From Octopus vulgaris (lineage: Eukaryota), in NCBI GenBank assembly GCA_951406725.2, contig OX597815.1, positions 51,460,001 through 51,524,000 on the forward strand: a stretch of 64,000 bases of DNA. The letters run 5' to 3'. The notes under the pieces are model-generated. The model saw nothing but the letters and a program-made list of their open reading frames with translations. It did not search any database and had not been told where the DNA came from. This document shows, in pieces, positions 52,434 to 64,000 of the stretch (its first letter is position 1; each line of letters opens with the position of its first letter). A program made the translations under genes and the position numbers.

Positions 52434-55037
52434 TATCTAAAATTGGCAAAATTCTTAGTAGGTTTCAATCATTTCTATTTTATCTTTGAAGAAACAACAT
52501 AAATTTCTATTTTACTTCATTTACAAAATACCTGGTATGTGACAGTTTCTAAAATAAAAAGTATGCTTTTGTTCTTTGTAATCCAAGAGGCATCTGTTTC
52601 TCATTAATTAGATTACTTCATCGCTGCACAGCCTCACTCTGCTCTCAACAATGGACAGCATTTCTTTCATTTCAAATATTTTTTCCCTCCACTTTGTTTT
52701 AAAATTAGGTAGAAAGGAGATTTTGACCATGACACATAGAAAAATACATTAAATATATTTTTTTTCTTTGGTTCCCAATACACTTAAATTGAATAAACAC
52801 TTTTGACAAATTTTTATTGTGAATCTTTTGTGACTTATGTAGGATCTTTCTTTGATCACTCAATTGAATTTGCTTACTAAACTTAAAATATGAAGAAGGA
52901 TAAGGAAACGAAAGGAAGAAAAAAATGGTAAAAAAAAATAAGCTAGAATATTTCACAGTTCAATATTATAGCTTTAGATATAAGGAAAAATGATATGATA
53001 TAGAATTCTTGATATGTGCATGAGTATATAAGACAGAAGGTGAATCTAAAAGAAGGGAAAATAAGGTAAAAATATAAAGAAGATATGGCAACATAGATTC
53101 TTTCCAAATAACCAAATACTGGGGACTTTTTATTGGAGAGGAATGAAAAAGAAAAAGCTTCTTTGCTGTAACACAAAGAGAGAAAAAATACCTAATTATT
53201 AAATCGAGGAATTCAAGGCAGCATTCTGTGTCCTAAGATTCATTCTTGGGTCAAGAATTTGAACTTTCTTTTCTAAAACTGTCTCTGCTATGAAGAGGCA
53301 ATTATCACATATGTGACGCTATTCAAAATTGACAATTTCCCAGAGACACTCTGAGAGGGCGCTGAAGCATGCAAAGACATCAGACAACATAGCATTGGAC
53401 AGCAGAAAATTGAGATCGGTAAATGAGACAGAATGTGCACTTAGGGACACTGCATGATTTCTGTGAAATGGCATTGATTATCCGACAACATTCCATCACA
53501 GATCTAATTGAATTGATCAAAAGATAAATGGATATTATAGAGAGTAAATAAAGAAGTTTGGTGTACATGTAAATGTGTGAGTGTACAAGCACATGCATAC
53601 ATCATCTCATCCAAACACACACACACACACACATATCAATGAATATATATGCATGTACACATATACATGTATACAAGTATATACGTGCATTAGTATATAT
53701 ACACAGACACATACACACATATACATGCATACCTTCATGCATGCATGTATATACATGCATACTTACATATACATGAATTTGAGGAAGAAGAAAAAGGAAA
53801 AATGCTAGAATTACAAGTTGTATCTTTAAAAGAAAACTGTTTACACATCAGGAGAAAGAAAAACAAAAACTATATACAAAAAACTGACAAGTGTAGATTA
53901 AAACCTTTTTAACTAAGTGGTGGTGGTGGTGGTGGCAGCGACAGCAGTGGTGGTGGCAATGGTAGTGGCAGCAGTGTAGTAGTAGTAGTAGTAGTAGTAA
54001 TAGTAGTAGTAGTTTTAGTGGTAATGAGAAGAAAAATTAGTTGGATTTTCAAAAATAAAAAAAAAACTAAGTCATTTATCAATACTGAAGGAAATGCTAT
54101 TATTATTACTTATCATCATCATCATCGTCATCATATTCATTATCATCATTATTAATAATTATTGTATGTATGTAGAAAATAAAAATTAATGAAAATTAAA
54201 AAAATGTAGTATTAATAATCAGAAACAACTTGAAAAAAATGAAAAGCAGAAAATTAAAAAGAGAAAAAACATGAAAGAAAAAGAGATTAAAAGAATTAAC
54301 TGTGGGGGGAAGGGCATGGATGGAGGGGAAGAAATCCTCCCTCCCCACCTCCTCTGTGTCAGTGGAAATTGGCCAAATGGTGCTGCTTTTGAAAGTCAAA
54401 GAGAAAGAAGAAGAAAAATATAAACAAATAAATAAATAAAATAATACAAAAATCACAGAAATATAATAAATAAATAAATTCACGAAAGATAAAAAAACCT
54501 AAATAGACTGAAGCAGGAAATTACTGCTTTATTAGACTTGTATCAATTCAATTGAAGACTGAGTCTGAAAAAAATGAATGTGTGTATTTTAGGCAATGAC
54601 ATTGTCACTGGGGACTGCTAACAATTACAGAAATAGCTGTTCGGCTTCTTAGCTTGCCAATTTTGCCACAGACTAGGACGATGCAATCATTGCAAAGTTG
54701 AGAACAGTGAGCCAAAGACTTTGAATCCATACATACAGCTTTATATACATGTTATATGTTTTAACATTATGGATTGGATTTGGTATTATTTTATTTCGAT
54801 GTTGTGGGTCTGTGTGCTAATCAAACCAAATATGGATGGCAAAGGAACGGGGAGAGGAAACAAAATCTGTGTTTTGCGTGTGCATATGTATGCACAAGCA
54901 TGCACACAAAAACACATATACACATGTGCATGTGGATATAAACAGAGGTAGATATGTGCATGTATATTAGGTATATGCTAGCATGGAACATGGACATTAG
55001 AGGATGATGATGATGATGATGATGACACACATAAAAA

Positions 55038-55362
55038 TCCAGCACTCCATCAGTTAGAACGATGAGGGTTCCAGTTGATCTGATCAACAGAACAGCCTGT
55101 TCATGAAATTAATGTACAAGCAGCTGAGCACTTCACAGACTTGCCTACCCTTAACATAATAACATAATGCTCAGGGACAAAAAAATGTAACAAGGCTGGC
55201 CCTTTGAATTACAGGTACAATTCACTTTTGCCAGCTAAGTGGACTGGAGCAATGTGAAATAAAATGCATCTTGCTCAAGGACACAACCCACTGCCAGGAA
55301 TCAAACTGAAGACCTTACAATCATGAGCCAAATACCCTAACCACTAAACCACACACCTTCAC
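55038..55362 (-). mobile_element. tRNA-derived SINE (family C-type head, different body)
   Basis: Minus strand GGTGTGTGGTTTAGTGGTTAGGGT..GTTTGATTCC, then GTGTCCTTGAGCAAGA..TTTATTTCACATTGCTCCAGTCCAC. Confidence 0.8.
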
Positions 55363-55384
55363 TTTGACGACACATATATATAAC

Positions 55385-55750
55385 ATCATCAAGTTTCCTT
55401 AACTGGTGCAGCCAGTCATCACTGCCTCTGGTCCCTATAACAGGGTCACAGTGTTGTGACCTGTCCAGTCTTCCATGTTGTCAGCCCAGGAATTTCTCTG
55501 TCTGCCTCTCTTTTGCCCTCCCTCAACTGTGCTCTGAAGGATGATTTTAGACAGGGAGTTGTTGCAGAGTGCATGACCATACCAGGCTAGCTTTTGTATT
55601 TTTACCTGTGCAAAGGGTGGTTCCTGTCTGCTAGCGTCTTCATTGGCCTGCTGCCAAACAAAGCTGTTCATCTTGTGTCCTGTGTAAGGGATGCATAGCA
55701 GCCTTCTGAAGCATGTTCCCAAATGCGGGGATTCTTCATTCCATATCAGC
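55385..55750 (-). mobile_element. RTE LINE 3' fragment (different family)
   Basis: CFRRLLCIPY..KLAWYGH..SKIILQSTVEGGQKRGRQRNSWADN. Confidence 0.85.
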
Positions 55751-55779
55751 TGTGTGTGTATATATATATATATATATAT

Positions 55780-55970
55780 TGATTGCTAAATCCACAAGAT
55801 TTTTCTATTCTCTCTGTTTATTTCCTTGTGTTCCTTTCTGTTGAAGAGCATGGGCTCAAAATGTAAAAGACTTTCTCACTTTCCCAAGCATCAAACTCTT
55901 AGTGTAACACCTGCTTCTTGTTTATACACCTGTCTTCATCTTTTGTTTATCTGTAAATTTCAACTATATA
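55780..55970 (+). mobile_element. TA-flanked ~190-bp repeat, probable PLE terminal repeat
   Basis: Bounded by (TA)n, contains a decayed hammerhead-like motif, and its end matches 63430-63485 in reverse. Confidence 0.55.
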
Positions 55971-56193
55971 TGTATAATGATAAGGAAAGGTAAGATCCAA
56001 GGACCCAGGAGTAGGAAGTTAGTAAACTCCAAGCAGTCCATAGAAAATACAGAGAACAACTTTCAGGAACAATAGTGGTCTATTGATGTAGAAGGTTGTA
56101 AATTGTAAATTTTTTCCATACTGAAGTTTGATAAGCTGAAAAAAGTTATTTTATAGTTCATGGTTAGCAACTGGGGTTGCTGTGTATATAAAT

Positions 56194-56424
56194 TCCAGGC
56201 TACATATGTTTCCAAGCTAGCAGGATCTCAGAAATAATAATTACTCAACAAAGGGTACTCTACTAGCTACTCATTGGAGTGAGGATACCTTAGTTAAATG
56301 AAGGTTACTATAACTTTCATTTAACTAAGGTATCTTTGGCCTGATGAATAGTTAGTAGAGTACCCTTCACTGAGTAATTATTACTTTTGAGATTCTGCTA
56401 GCTTGGAAACATATGTAGCCTGGA
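56194..56424. repeat. Fold-back palindrome, 114-bp arms, 3-nt loop
   Basis: 56194-56307 is an ungapped reverse complement of 56311-56424, with 16 mismatches by manual count. Confidence 0.95.
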
Positions 56425-57789
56425 TTTTACCTGCTCCATTCCCTAAATTTGGATATCATCATCATCATTTAACATCTGCTTTCCATACTGACATGGGTTA
56501 GACGATCTGACAGGAACTGGTAAGCCAGAGAGCTGCAACCCAAACAATGGGACAAGGAAAGAGCTTAGCGCATCTTTAATGACCAGTTACAAATATTTCA
56601 GTACCACCTTTGAACACCATTTTATGAACACACCTTATGGTGCGAAAGTTTGAAGAGCCACTCTAAGGTATAAAACTGCATATGTTACATAACTTTCCAC
56701 ATGGAACTTTTGCATGCAATGACATTAAAAACAGTGTGGTAACAAAACAATTGTGAGTAGTCATTAAAGTGGTGCTAAACTTCCTTTGTCTTATTTTGAT
56801 TATAATTTACTCTTCACTAGACCAATACATTGGATTTACCAGTGTGATACCTGCCTGTTCCTAGCTTACCATCAAATTTTAACTCAGATTTGGCTAGTTA
56901 TGTGAAGTCTGTTAAGTTAGATGAATAAATATCAAGCAAAATTATGTAACTGAATAATTATAAATCTAAATAAGATGCATTATATCTCTTGTGTGCAACT
57001 TGTTTAAAAATGAACAAGCTGTGTGAATGATGTGGTGGTGCTTGTGGTGGTAGAACTCCTGCTGCTGGTAGTGGTAGGGCTGCTAGTGGTATAGTAGGAG
57101 TATTGGTACAACAGTAGAGCTTTATGACTGTGATGATTATTCTCATAGTGATGACAACAGCAGTGATGATATTTTGATGACAGTCACCAAGGAACATTAT
57201 CTTATAGATAAAATAATGTGCATGTGTGTGTTTGTGCATGTGCGTGCATATGTGTCTCCCTCTCTCTCTCTCTCTCTCAGTCTTCTTTTTCACTGGTCAC
57301 TGAGAGAACTCTCAAAGCTAAAATTTCGTCTGTGAGTGTAACTTGGAACAGGTCAGTATGAAATATTAAACTGCTTTGTTCCTTTAAACTTTTAAAATGT
57401 CAGATATTGCTGGCTCTAGATTTGGAACTAAAGTTTTGTAGAAACATTTGAAATCATTCTAACTGAATCAAGGGATGTCAACCAAAATATACAGCACAGC
57501 TATTTCTTATTTTGCCTATGTCAATTTTCATAAAGACATATTTTTGATATGCTTATATTTAAAGTTTTTTAACACTAATTTTTGTGTTTGTGATAAGTAA
57601 ATATGTCCACAACAGTAGTAAGTTCAAGTCTTCAGATGTCTGTTCCAACCATATATCACAGTTCACTAATTTTCACAACATCACACCAAAACTGATTTGA
57701 GATGGAAATAGCAGCATGTTTACTGTGCATGAAAATATATTAATAAGTAATTTCTTATAACACTATAAACATGGTACCTTTTGCTTCAC

Positions 57790-58480
57790 TTCACTTCATG
57801 TTCTTGCTTGATAAGGCTGGGGGTCACCCTACGTTAGCGATCCCAGAGATGTCATAATGCATAGAGCCAACCAAGTCCACCAGTGCTCTCCATCTCTGGC
57901 AGTTCTGTGCCAACCCCTCTGCATCCCCCAAAGTAATGTTGAACCTCTGAAAATCTTCCCTCATCACATTCAGCCAGCTGGTGTGGGACCTGTCACAAGG
58001 CCTCTTCCTGCCCACAGCTGTTGCATCAAATGAGAGTAGAGTAAAGCCCTGGTAGGATGATCTAGCAGGAGATGGAAGACATATTTGCACCAGTGCATGC
58101 AATGGATAGCTATGAGGTGGGAGGCTGTGGGCAGATGTGTGCATGCACACAGTTCTTTTCTGAAAATGGCTGATACCATCTGATGTTCTCAATAGTTCTC
58201 AGGGCTCCACTATTGAAACCATCAATCCTCTTTGCTAGGGTCTTCGAAAAGGGCCACATTTCTGCTCTATAGAATAGAATAGAGAGGGCTGATGTATTGT
58301 AGATGCAGAGCTTTCTCTGCCAGGAGATAAAGCAGTGGTGCTAAAGAGGCTTCCTTAGGGAGTATATTCCCCCAACGGCCAGACCATCATAGGTGATAGA
58401 TCTCTAGGAACAGGTCTCTATTGTTGGCGACTGTGGAGCCCAAGTAGATGAAGGACCTGACAAACTCCACAATGCTGGAG
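57790..58480 (-). mobile_element. Degenerate RTE LINE 3' fragment
   Basis: VEFVRSFIYLGS near the 5' end and GRKRPCDRSHTSWLNVMREDF..AQNCQRWRALV near the 3' end, with a GTGAA-type repeat tail. Confidence 0.75.
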
Positions 58481-58600
58481 ATTACTCAAATCACAATAGA
58501 TTAGTCATGTAGCTCATTATATCTTTGTGGTTCTGAACTGAAGCAGGGTTGCACTCTTGTATCTACTCTTTTCCTTATACTTGTCTTCCATGCTTTTTAA

Positions 58601-58800
58601 CCCTTTCATTACTGTATTTATTTTGAGATGCTCTGTGTTTCTTTCAATTACTTTAAATATAACAAAGAATTTAATAAAATATCTTAATTACCATTCAGCT
58701 AATGTTAGGAACATAAATTGTGACTAAGGTTTGATGGAAAATTTTAATTGAAAACTTATGAAAACAAGAGCCAGTTTCAGCTGGGTTGGTAACAAAAGGG
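58601..58800. mobile_element. piggyBac-type MITE (200 bp)
   Basis: TTAA|CCCTTTCATTAC ... GTAACAAAAGGG|TTAA. Confidence 0.85.
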
Positions 58801-58809
58801 TTAAACTTC

Positions 58810-59560
58810 TTTCAGGTAATCCAAGAGTTGACATAATTTACCATTTTGATGGTGGACTATTTAACAAAACCAGATTTTGATCTCATCAATTTACTATCAT
58901 CCAATACATCTCAACATGAGATGGCAAAATTACTCTGTTACACACATCAGGAACTCCCAAAAATCAGTCAACAATTTCACCAGTGCATAGAATCATTTCT
59001 ATCTCCCAGTGAAGACTAAAGTCCTTGACCATCTTGTTCTGTAAACCAAACTCTTTCATTTCAATATAACCATCTGATAGATCTCTAAAACAACATGACC
59101 TCTTATCCAATATTGGAAATATTCTTTCCAACAAATATACTTTGGAAAAGGATGTGTAACAGAATTTTTTTTTTCTCTACCAGTTCATCTTTTGGAAAAC
59201 TAACAAATTAGATCATTAAGAACAAACAGCTAACCCAAAAATGAAACCAATGGTCTATCAAGCTGTTATCATCTCAAAATCATTATATGGTTGTGAAATA
59301 TGGACACTTTATTGTCAGAACAACACAAAGCTGGAGCACTTCCAGCAATAAATGCTTCATACTATCTTAAACATCAAATGAAAAGACTACATAATCATCA
59401 ATGTTGTCTTAGGAAAAACCAAAACCAACAGTCAAAGCATGGAATCAATGATGATGAAACATTAGCTATGATGGTTAGAATAAAAAAAAAGACAGATTTT
59501 CTCATCAAATACTCTTCAGTGAATAAGCTAACCACTGGGAAAAGACCATGAGTATGTCCT
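58810..59560 (+). mobile_element. Highly degenerate RTE LINE fragment
   Basis: VYQAVIISKSLYGCEIWTLY..KLEHFQQ..TILNIK at ~59250-59390. Confidence 0.65.
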
Positions 59561-60508
59561 TTCTGATAATATCCCCCCTCATCAACCACAGTAGCAATCT
59601 TGCAATACTGCAATATCAACAATTATAAAAGACTTGTTTCATTTATGATTTTTCACACATTTAATGGAATTTTGTCATATCTATTCCCTTCATGCTAAGA
59701 ACAAGAGTGCAGGGTCCACAAAACTGCCAAGACAAATTAATTTGGAATAAACCTTCATAAGTAAAATATAAATGGATCTCCTGTTGGTTCTAACAATAAT
59801 AATCCAGTTGTTTGAACCAGAAGAAACTATCTAATCAGTCAATTAAAATATATAAATGACTGAGTATGCCATGAACAATGAAATGCCTGTGACAGAGCAA
59901 GTGAAAGGTTTAGTCCTTTGAATTACAGGCTTTCATACCATTCATTTATATCCAATATCACTTAAAATGTTATGACAAAAGATAATTGCCCAAGGTGTGC
60001 CACAATGGGATCAAATGCAAGACCTCATAATTAAAAAGCAAATGCAAGTCTAGGACTCTTGAAACCACTAAACTAACTCACTAAAAAAAAATAACAATTA
60101 CATTAAAGCAACAGGGATTAAAAAATAAAATGTGTAAAAAGAAAAGCATTCATGTATTTACAGAAAAAAAATTTACCCAGATGACTATACATTGAAAGGA
60201 AGGGTGAAAGGAAATAGGAATAAACTATGTCCATTTTTTTTTTTAATGTGGTGTTTTGTACTAGAATAAACTCAGATAAAAACAAGCCTGACAGGAGCAG
60301 GGAACAAGAACAGCTCCCATTGGTACAAAGGTCATTTCCTGCTTAGAGCTAATGTTTTATTTCAATCTTAGGTTTCATATCTACTAAAAGGGTAAAATTG
60401 AAAGACCTTAACAACCTCCCATAGAGCTTATGGTTTAATGTACTCCTCTCAAAGTTTTAAGCCCCAGCTTGCATTTATGTTAAAGGGGACTGGAAAAAAC
60501 CACTCGCA

Positions 60509-60590
<82 letters not shown>

Positions 60591-61172
60591 TGTGTGTGTG
60601 CGTGCGCACATTCAGTCATTCATTCATAAATATACATCCATTAAGAAAGCTATAAATAGTTTGTAAAGTCTTACACTACTTTTTGGAAGATAAAGGTTAA
60701 CAGAAAAATCCATTGGCTATTCTTAAATGCTAGATTAAGACTATTGTAGTTGAATAACTAAGTATTTGACCACAACTGGTACCATGAAGTGGCTGAAATG
60801 ACAGTATTAGAAATAGAATCAGTAAAGTAAACAGTGTGCTGTAGTTGTTATTGCTGTAGCTGTTTAACCCCAGATCAATTCTGGATTAAGGATATTCCAG
60901 CCATGACCATCTCACTTTTGTTTCATAAACTATTCAAGTATTGCCACTCTTTTTTTTTCTTCCATACAGTGCTGACTGTGTTGTACACGAACAGCCTCAC
61001 GTAGCTCACAAACATTTTACAACCTTCAATCTTCAGCCTGATGAAGCCTTTGTAACACACTGGTGTACATTTTACTTATACAGATATACATAGACATCAT
61101 GAGCTTCAAAATGTTTATACATCACTAAATTACATTTTGGTTTCAATTAACAATCTAAAGGAACCACTTTAA

Positions 61173-61385
61173 CCCTTTAGTATTTAAACACCACATCCGG
61201 CTCAAATATTCTACCTGTTTTATGTACTAACTGGCCAGATGTGGCCTCACACACCAACCCTACAATATCATTCTAAAATTTAACAGTTACCTCATCAAAA
61301 TCTCAAAGCTACAAGATAATGCATGATTAAAGACCTGTGAATAAATAAACATTGCTTTTAACAGAATAATGTGAACGCTAGAGAG
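61173..61385. mobile_element. piggyBac-type MITE
   Basis: TTAA|CCCTTTAGTATTT ... GAACGCTAGAGAG|TTAA, imperfect TIRs. Confidence 0.7.
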
Positions 61386-61940
61386 TTAAACTGGAATTGA
61401 AATGAGATATAAAGAAATATTTTCTATAATCTCTGAGACATTTTTAAATGTCTATTAGAGCATCTTAAGTATCAGCAACAACTCTAAAAGCAGCCAGCAT
61501 CAATCAGGTCAGGTGTGGGAGCATGTGTCATTCTCGTGTATTACTGCATTCACCATTTGTCAGCATATTCCCAGGTCCTTCCGGATGACCTCCTCATCTG
61601 TTGTGATCATATGGCATGTGGTCAACTAACACAAGCTGTCAACCCACCCAGAACCTCAGTGAAGAGAAGCAGGGTTTAACTCTGAAATTCAAGCAACATG
61701 ACCAAACAATCTGAGCTGGCACTCCTGAATCATACAAGTAACAGGACTCATCCCAGTTTCTGAGTAGAGTTGTTGGCTAGATACAAACTCCAGCCAATGG
61801 TAATCAATAATCCTATGATGTGTTCTGGTACCAGAATAATGTGAACGCTAGAGAGTTAAACTGGAATTGAAATGAGATATAAAGAAATATTTTCTATAAT
61901 CTCTGAGACATTTTTAAATGTCTATTAGAGCATCTTAAGT
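61362..61940. repeat. Perfect 109-bp direct repeat flanking a 361-bp insert
   Basis: 61362-61470 is identical to 61832-61940. Confidence 0.95.
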
Positions 61941-62028
61941 CCTCCCTGTCCTGTTCTTGGCATCAATCAGAACAGTTTAAACAAATAAGAAAAATGATTC
62001 TCTTTCTCATTTATATCACACATATATA

Positions 62029-62623
62029 GGGTGCATGGCTCAGTGGTTAGAGCATCGCGCTTATGATCCTGAGGTTATGAGTTGGATTCCCGCACTGGGC
62101 TGCGTGCTGTGTTCTTGAGCAAGACGCTTATTTGATGTTGCTCCCGTTAATTCAGCTGTAGAAATGAGTTGTGACATCACTGGTGCGAAGCTGTATCGGC
62201 CTTTGCCTTTCCTTTGGATAATATCAGTAGTGTGGAGAGGGGAGGCTGGTATGCATGGGTGACTGCTGGCCTTCCACAAACAACCTTGCCCGGACTTGTG
62301 CCTCGGAGGGTAACTTTCGGATCTTTACCTTTTGACTGACAGATTCAAAAAATAATCTTTTGTAACTAAACACTTTCAAACTTCATATAATGGTAGAATG
62401 TGTCACATAAAACATCGTTTACTCTTGGCGTTGTTGAGAAAATTCTGCATTTTGGAAGTTATTTCTTGTTAAAGTTGTAGTATTTCGGTAATTTCAACCA
62501 AGCAATGACATGTATTCAACTGAATAAAATTACTGCTGTTGTTTGTCAAAATATTATTTTTTAAATCTGTCGGCCAAAAGGTAAAGATGCTAACCTTCTA
62601 GGTGCAATCCCATGGTCATTCAT
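62029..62623 (+). mobile_element. SINE family C interrupted by a MITE
   Basis: A-box TGGCTCAGTGG and B-box-like GAGTTGGATTCCC. Body matches 35076-35381. Confidence 0.88.
62319..62590. mobile_element. 272-bp MITE with ~35-bp TIRs and 8-bp TSD
   Basis: TIRs GGATCTTTACCTTTTGACTGACAGATT / AATCTGTCGGCCAAAAGGTAAAGATGC. TSD TAACTTTC / TAACCTTC. Confidence 0.88.
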
Positions 62624-63127
62624 ATATATGGGGAAATTTAATCATGACCTAGTAAGGCCACTTCTTTAATTCAGTATGTCTATGCAAATGTTCTGAGAGT
62701 CCAGAAAGTTCCTATGCATGAATTTGTTTTGAGTGAATAAAGTTTTGCACAGTAATGAACCTACCTTCTAGTGCAATCAGCTATAAAGCTAATGGCGCAA
62801 CAGACAATAAGGTTTTTCATACAAGTTTACTGTCTAATAGAAGAAAGTCGTAATGAGAACTATGGGCCCTTCACTTCCAGTAGTTTGCATGCTAGTTCAC
62901 CCATACTTGAGACCCAGACAGATGCTACTACTCCAGGTCAGAGTAGAACTGGGAACAATAGTGAATAAGAAGTTGTTCCACACACCTTGAAACTTCCATA
63001 CCTAGACCCCACTACTAGATGGATGGATGGATACACACACAGGTATATATATATATTGATAGTAATGGTAAGGCAACAAAAGAATGAAAGAGACCTCGAT
63101 ATTATGTAAATAGAGGAATTTATCTGT

Positions 63128-63236
63128 AATATAATATGTGACAATTATTCGGTTGCCATAATAGGACTCCGAGTTTCAGATGTCGGGGCGGAAACCTGCT
63201 CCGGCATCTCATCAGTTATTGAGGTAGTCACATATT

Positions 63237-63241
<5 letters not shown>
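63128..63241 (-). ncRNA. Hammerhead-like structured RNA within a TA-flanked ~190-bp repeat
   Basis: Minus strand CTGATGA, long stem II, T, GAAAC TCGGA GTC, closed by a 15-bp outer inverted repeat. Confidence 0.55.
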
Positions 63242-63277
<36 letters not shown>

Positions 63278-63504
63278 CAGAAGTAACCGAGTGACTCAAG
63301 GTCCAAGAGTTTAATTAATATTTATTTCTGTTAAATATTAATAAAAATATACATACTCACTTTATTTAGTTCTATTTTTCCTGTTCGCACCACTATATTA
63401 TATATATATATATATATATGTATGTATGATTTAAATTTACAGAAAACAAAAAATGAAGACAGGTGTAAAAACAACAAGGTGTATATGTACTATAATATAT
63501 ACTG

Positions 63505-64000
63505 TACAACAAGTCTTTGTAAGCAGAGTTTAGTGTCCAATGAATGAAAGGTATGCATAAGTGGGCATAGACCATGGGTTATGGTCTCACTTGGCTTGCC
63601 GGGTCTTCTCACACACTGCATATTTCAAAGGTCTGTCACTAATCATTGCCTCGTTGAGGCCTAATGTTCGAAGGTCATGCTTCACCAACTCATCCCAGGT
63701 CTTACTGGGTCTACCTCTTCAACAGGTTCCCTCAACCGCTAGGGTGTGGCACTTTTTCACACAGCTATCCTCCTCCATTCTCGCCACATGACCATACCAG
63801 CGCACCACATCTGATGCTTCATAGGTCCAACTTTTCTCTCAAGGTACTTACACTCTGTTGAGTATGCACACTGACATTACACATCCAGCAGAGCATACTG
63901 CCTTCATTCCTTGTGAACTTACACACGTCCTCAGCAGTCACATTCCATGTTTCACTGTCATGTAGCATGGCTGTTCGTACACATGTGTCATACAGTGTAC
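63505..64000 (-). mobile_element. Third, decayed copy of the main RTE family (runs off the window)
   Basis: Reverse complement aligns to 5490-5918 with deletions and stops. The 3' UTR start matches 13315-13360. Confidence 0.92.

Noticed and set aside
56341-56410. Hammerhead from CTGATGA ... GAAAC in the palindrome arm
   Set aside because: No stem II or stem III is in register, and the sequence is explained by the long inverted repeat. The minus-strand CTGATGA at 23829-23835 likewise lacks a GAAA partner.
62029-62100. tRNA gene
   Set aside because: A/B boxes are present, but there is no intact cloverleaf and the sequence continues into a SINE body shared with other copies.

Overview
AT-rich, microsatellite-saturated animal genomic DNA with no host protein-coding gene that I can support. 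The repeat content (tRNA-derived SINE families, RTE LINEs with (GAT)n tails, very dense TA/CA/ATT repeats) resembles an octopus/coleoid cephalopod intron or intergenic region; this is an inference. The only long real ORF is an uninterrupted RTE-clade LINE (2793-5918: APE endonuclease + RT) with a C4HC3 PHD-type finger inserted inside the RT and a 3' UTR holding 13 tandem ~61-nt structured units. Everything else identifiable is TE debris: truncated RTE copies, a CR1/Jockey-type remnant, an R4/Dong remnant, two Penelope-like (GIY-YIG) remnants, three Helitron pieces, Tc1/mariner derivatives, hAT-, piggyBac- and 8-bp-TSD MITEs, and many SINEs. The best leads are the RTE 3' UTR array, the PHD insertion, three hammerhead-like motifs (one with an A3-U8 covariant core), a 114-bp-arm palindrome, and a 361-bp insert flanked by a perfect 109-bp duplication. 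All calls were made by eye, and many boundaries are approximate.
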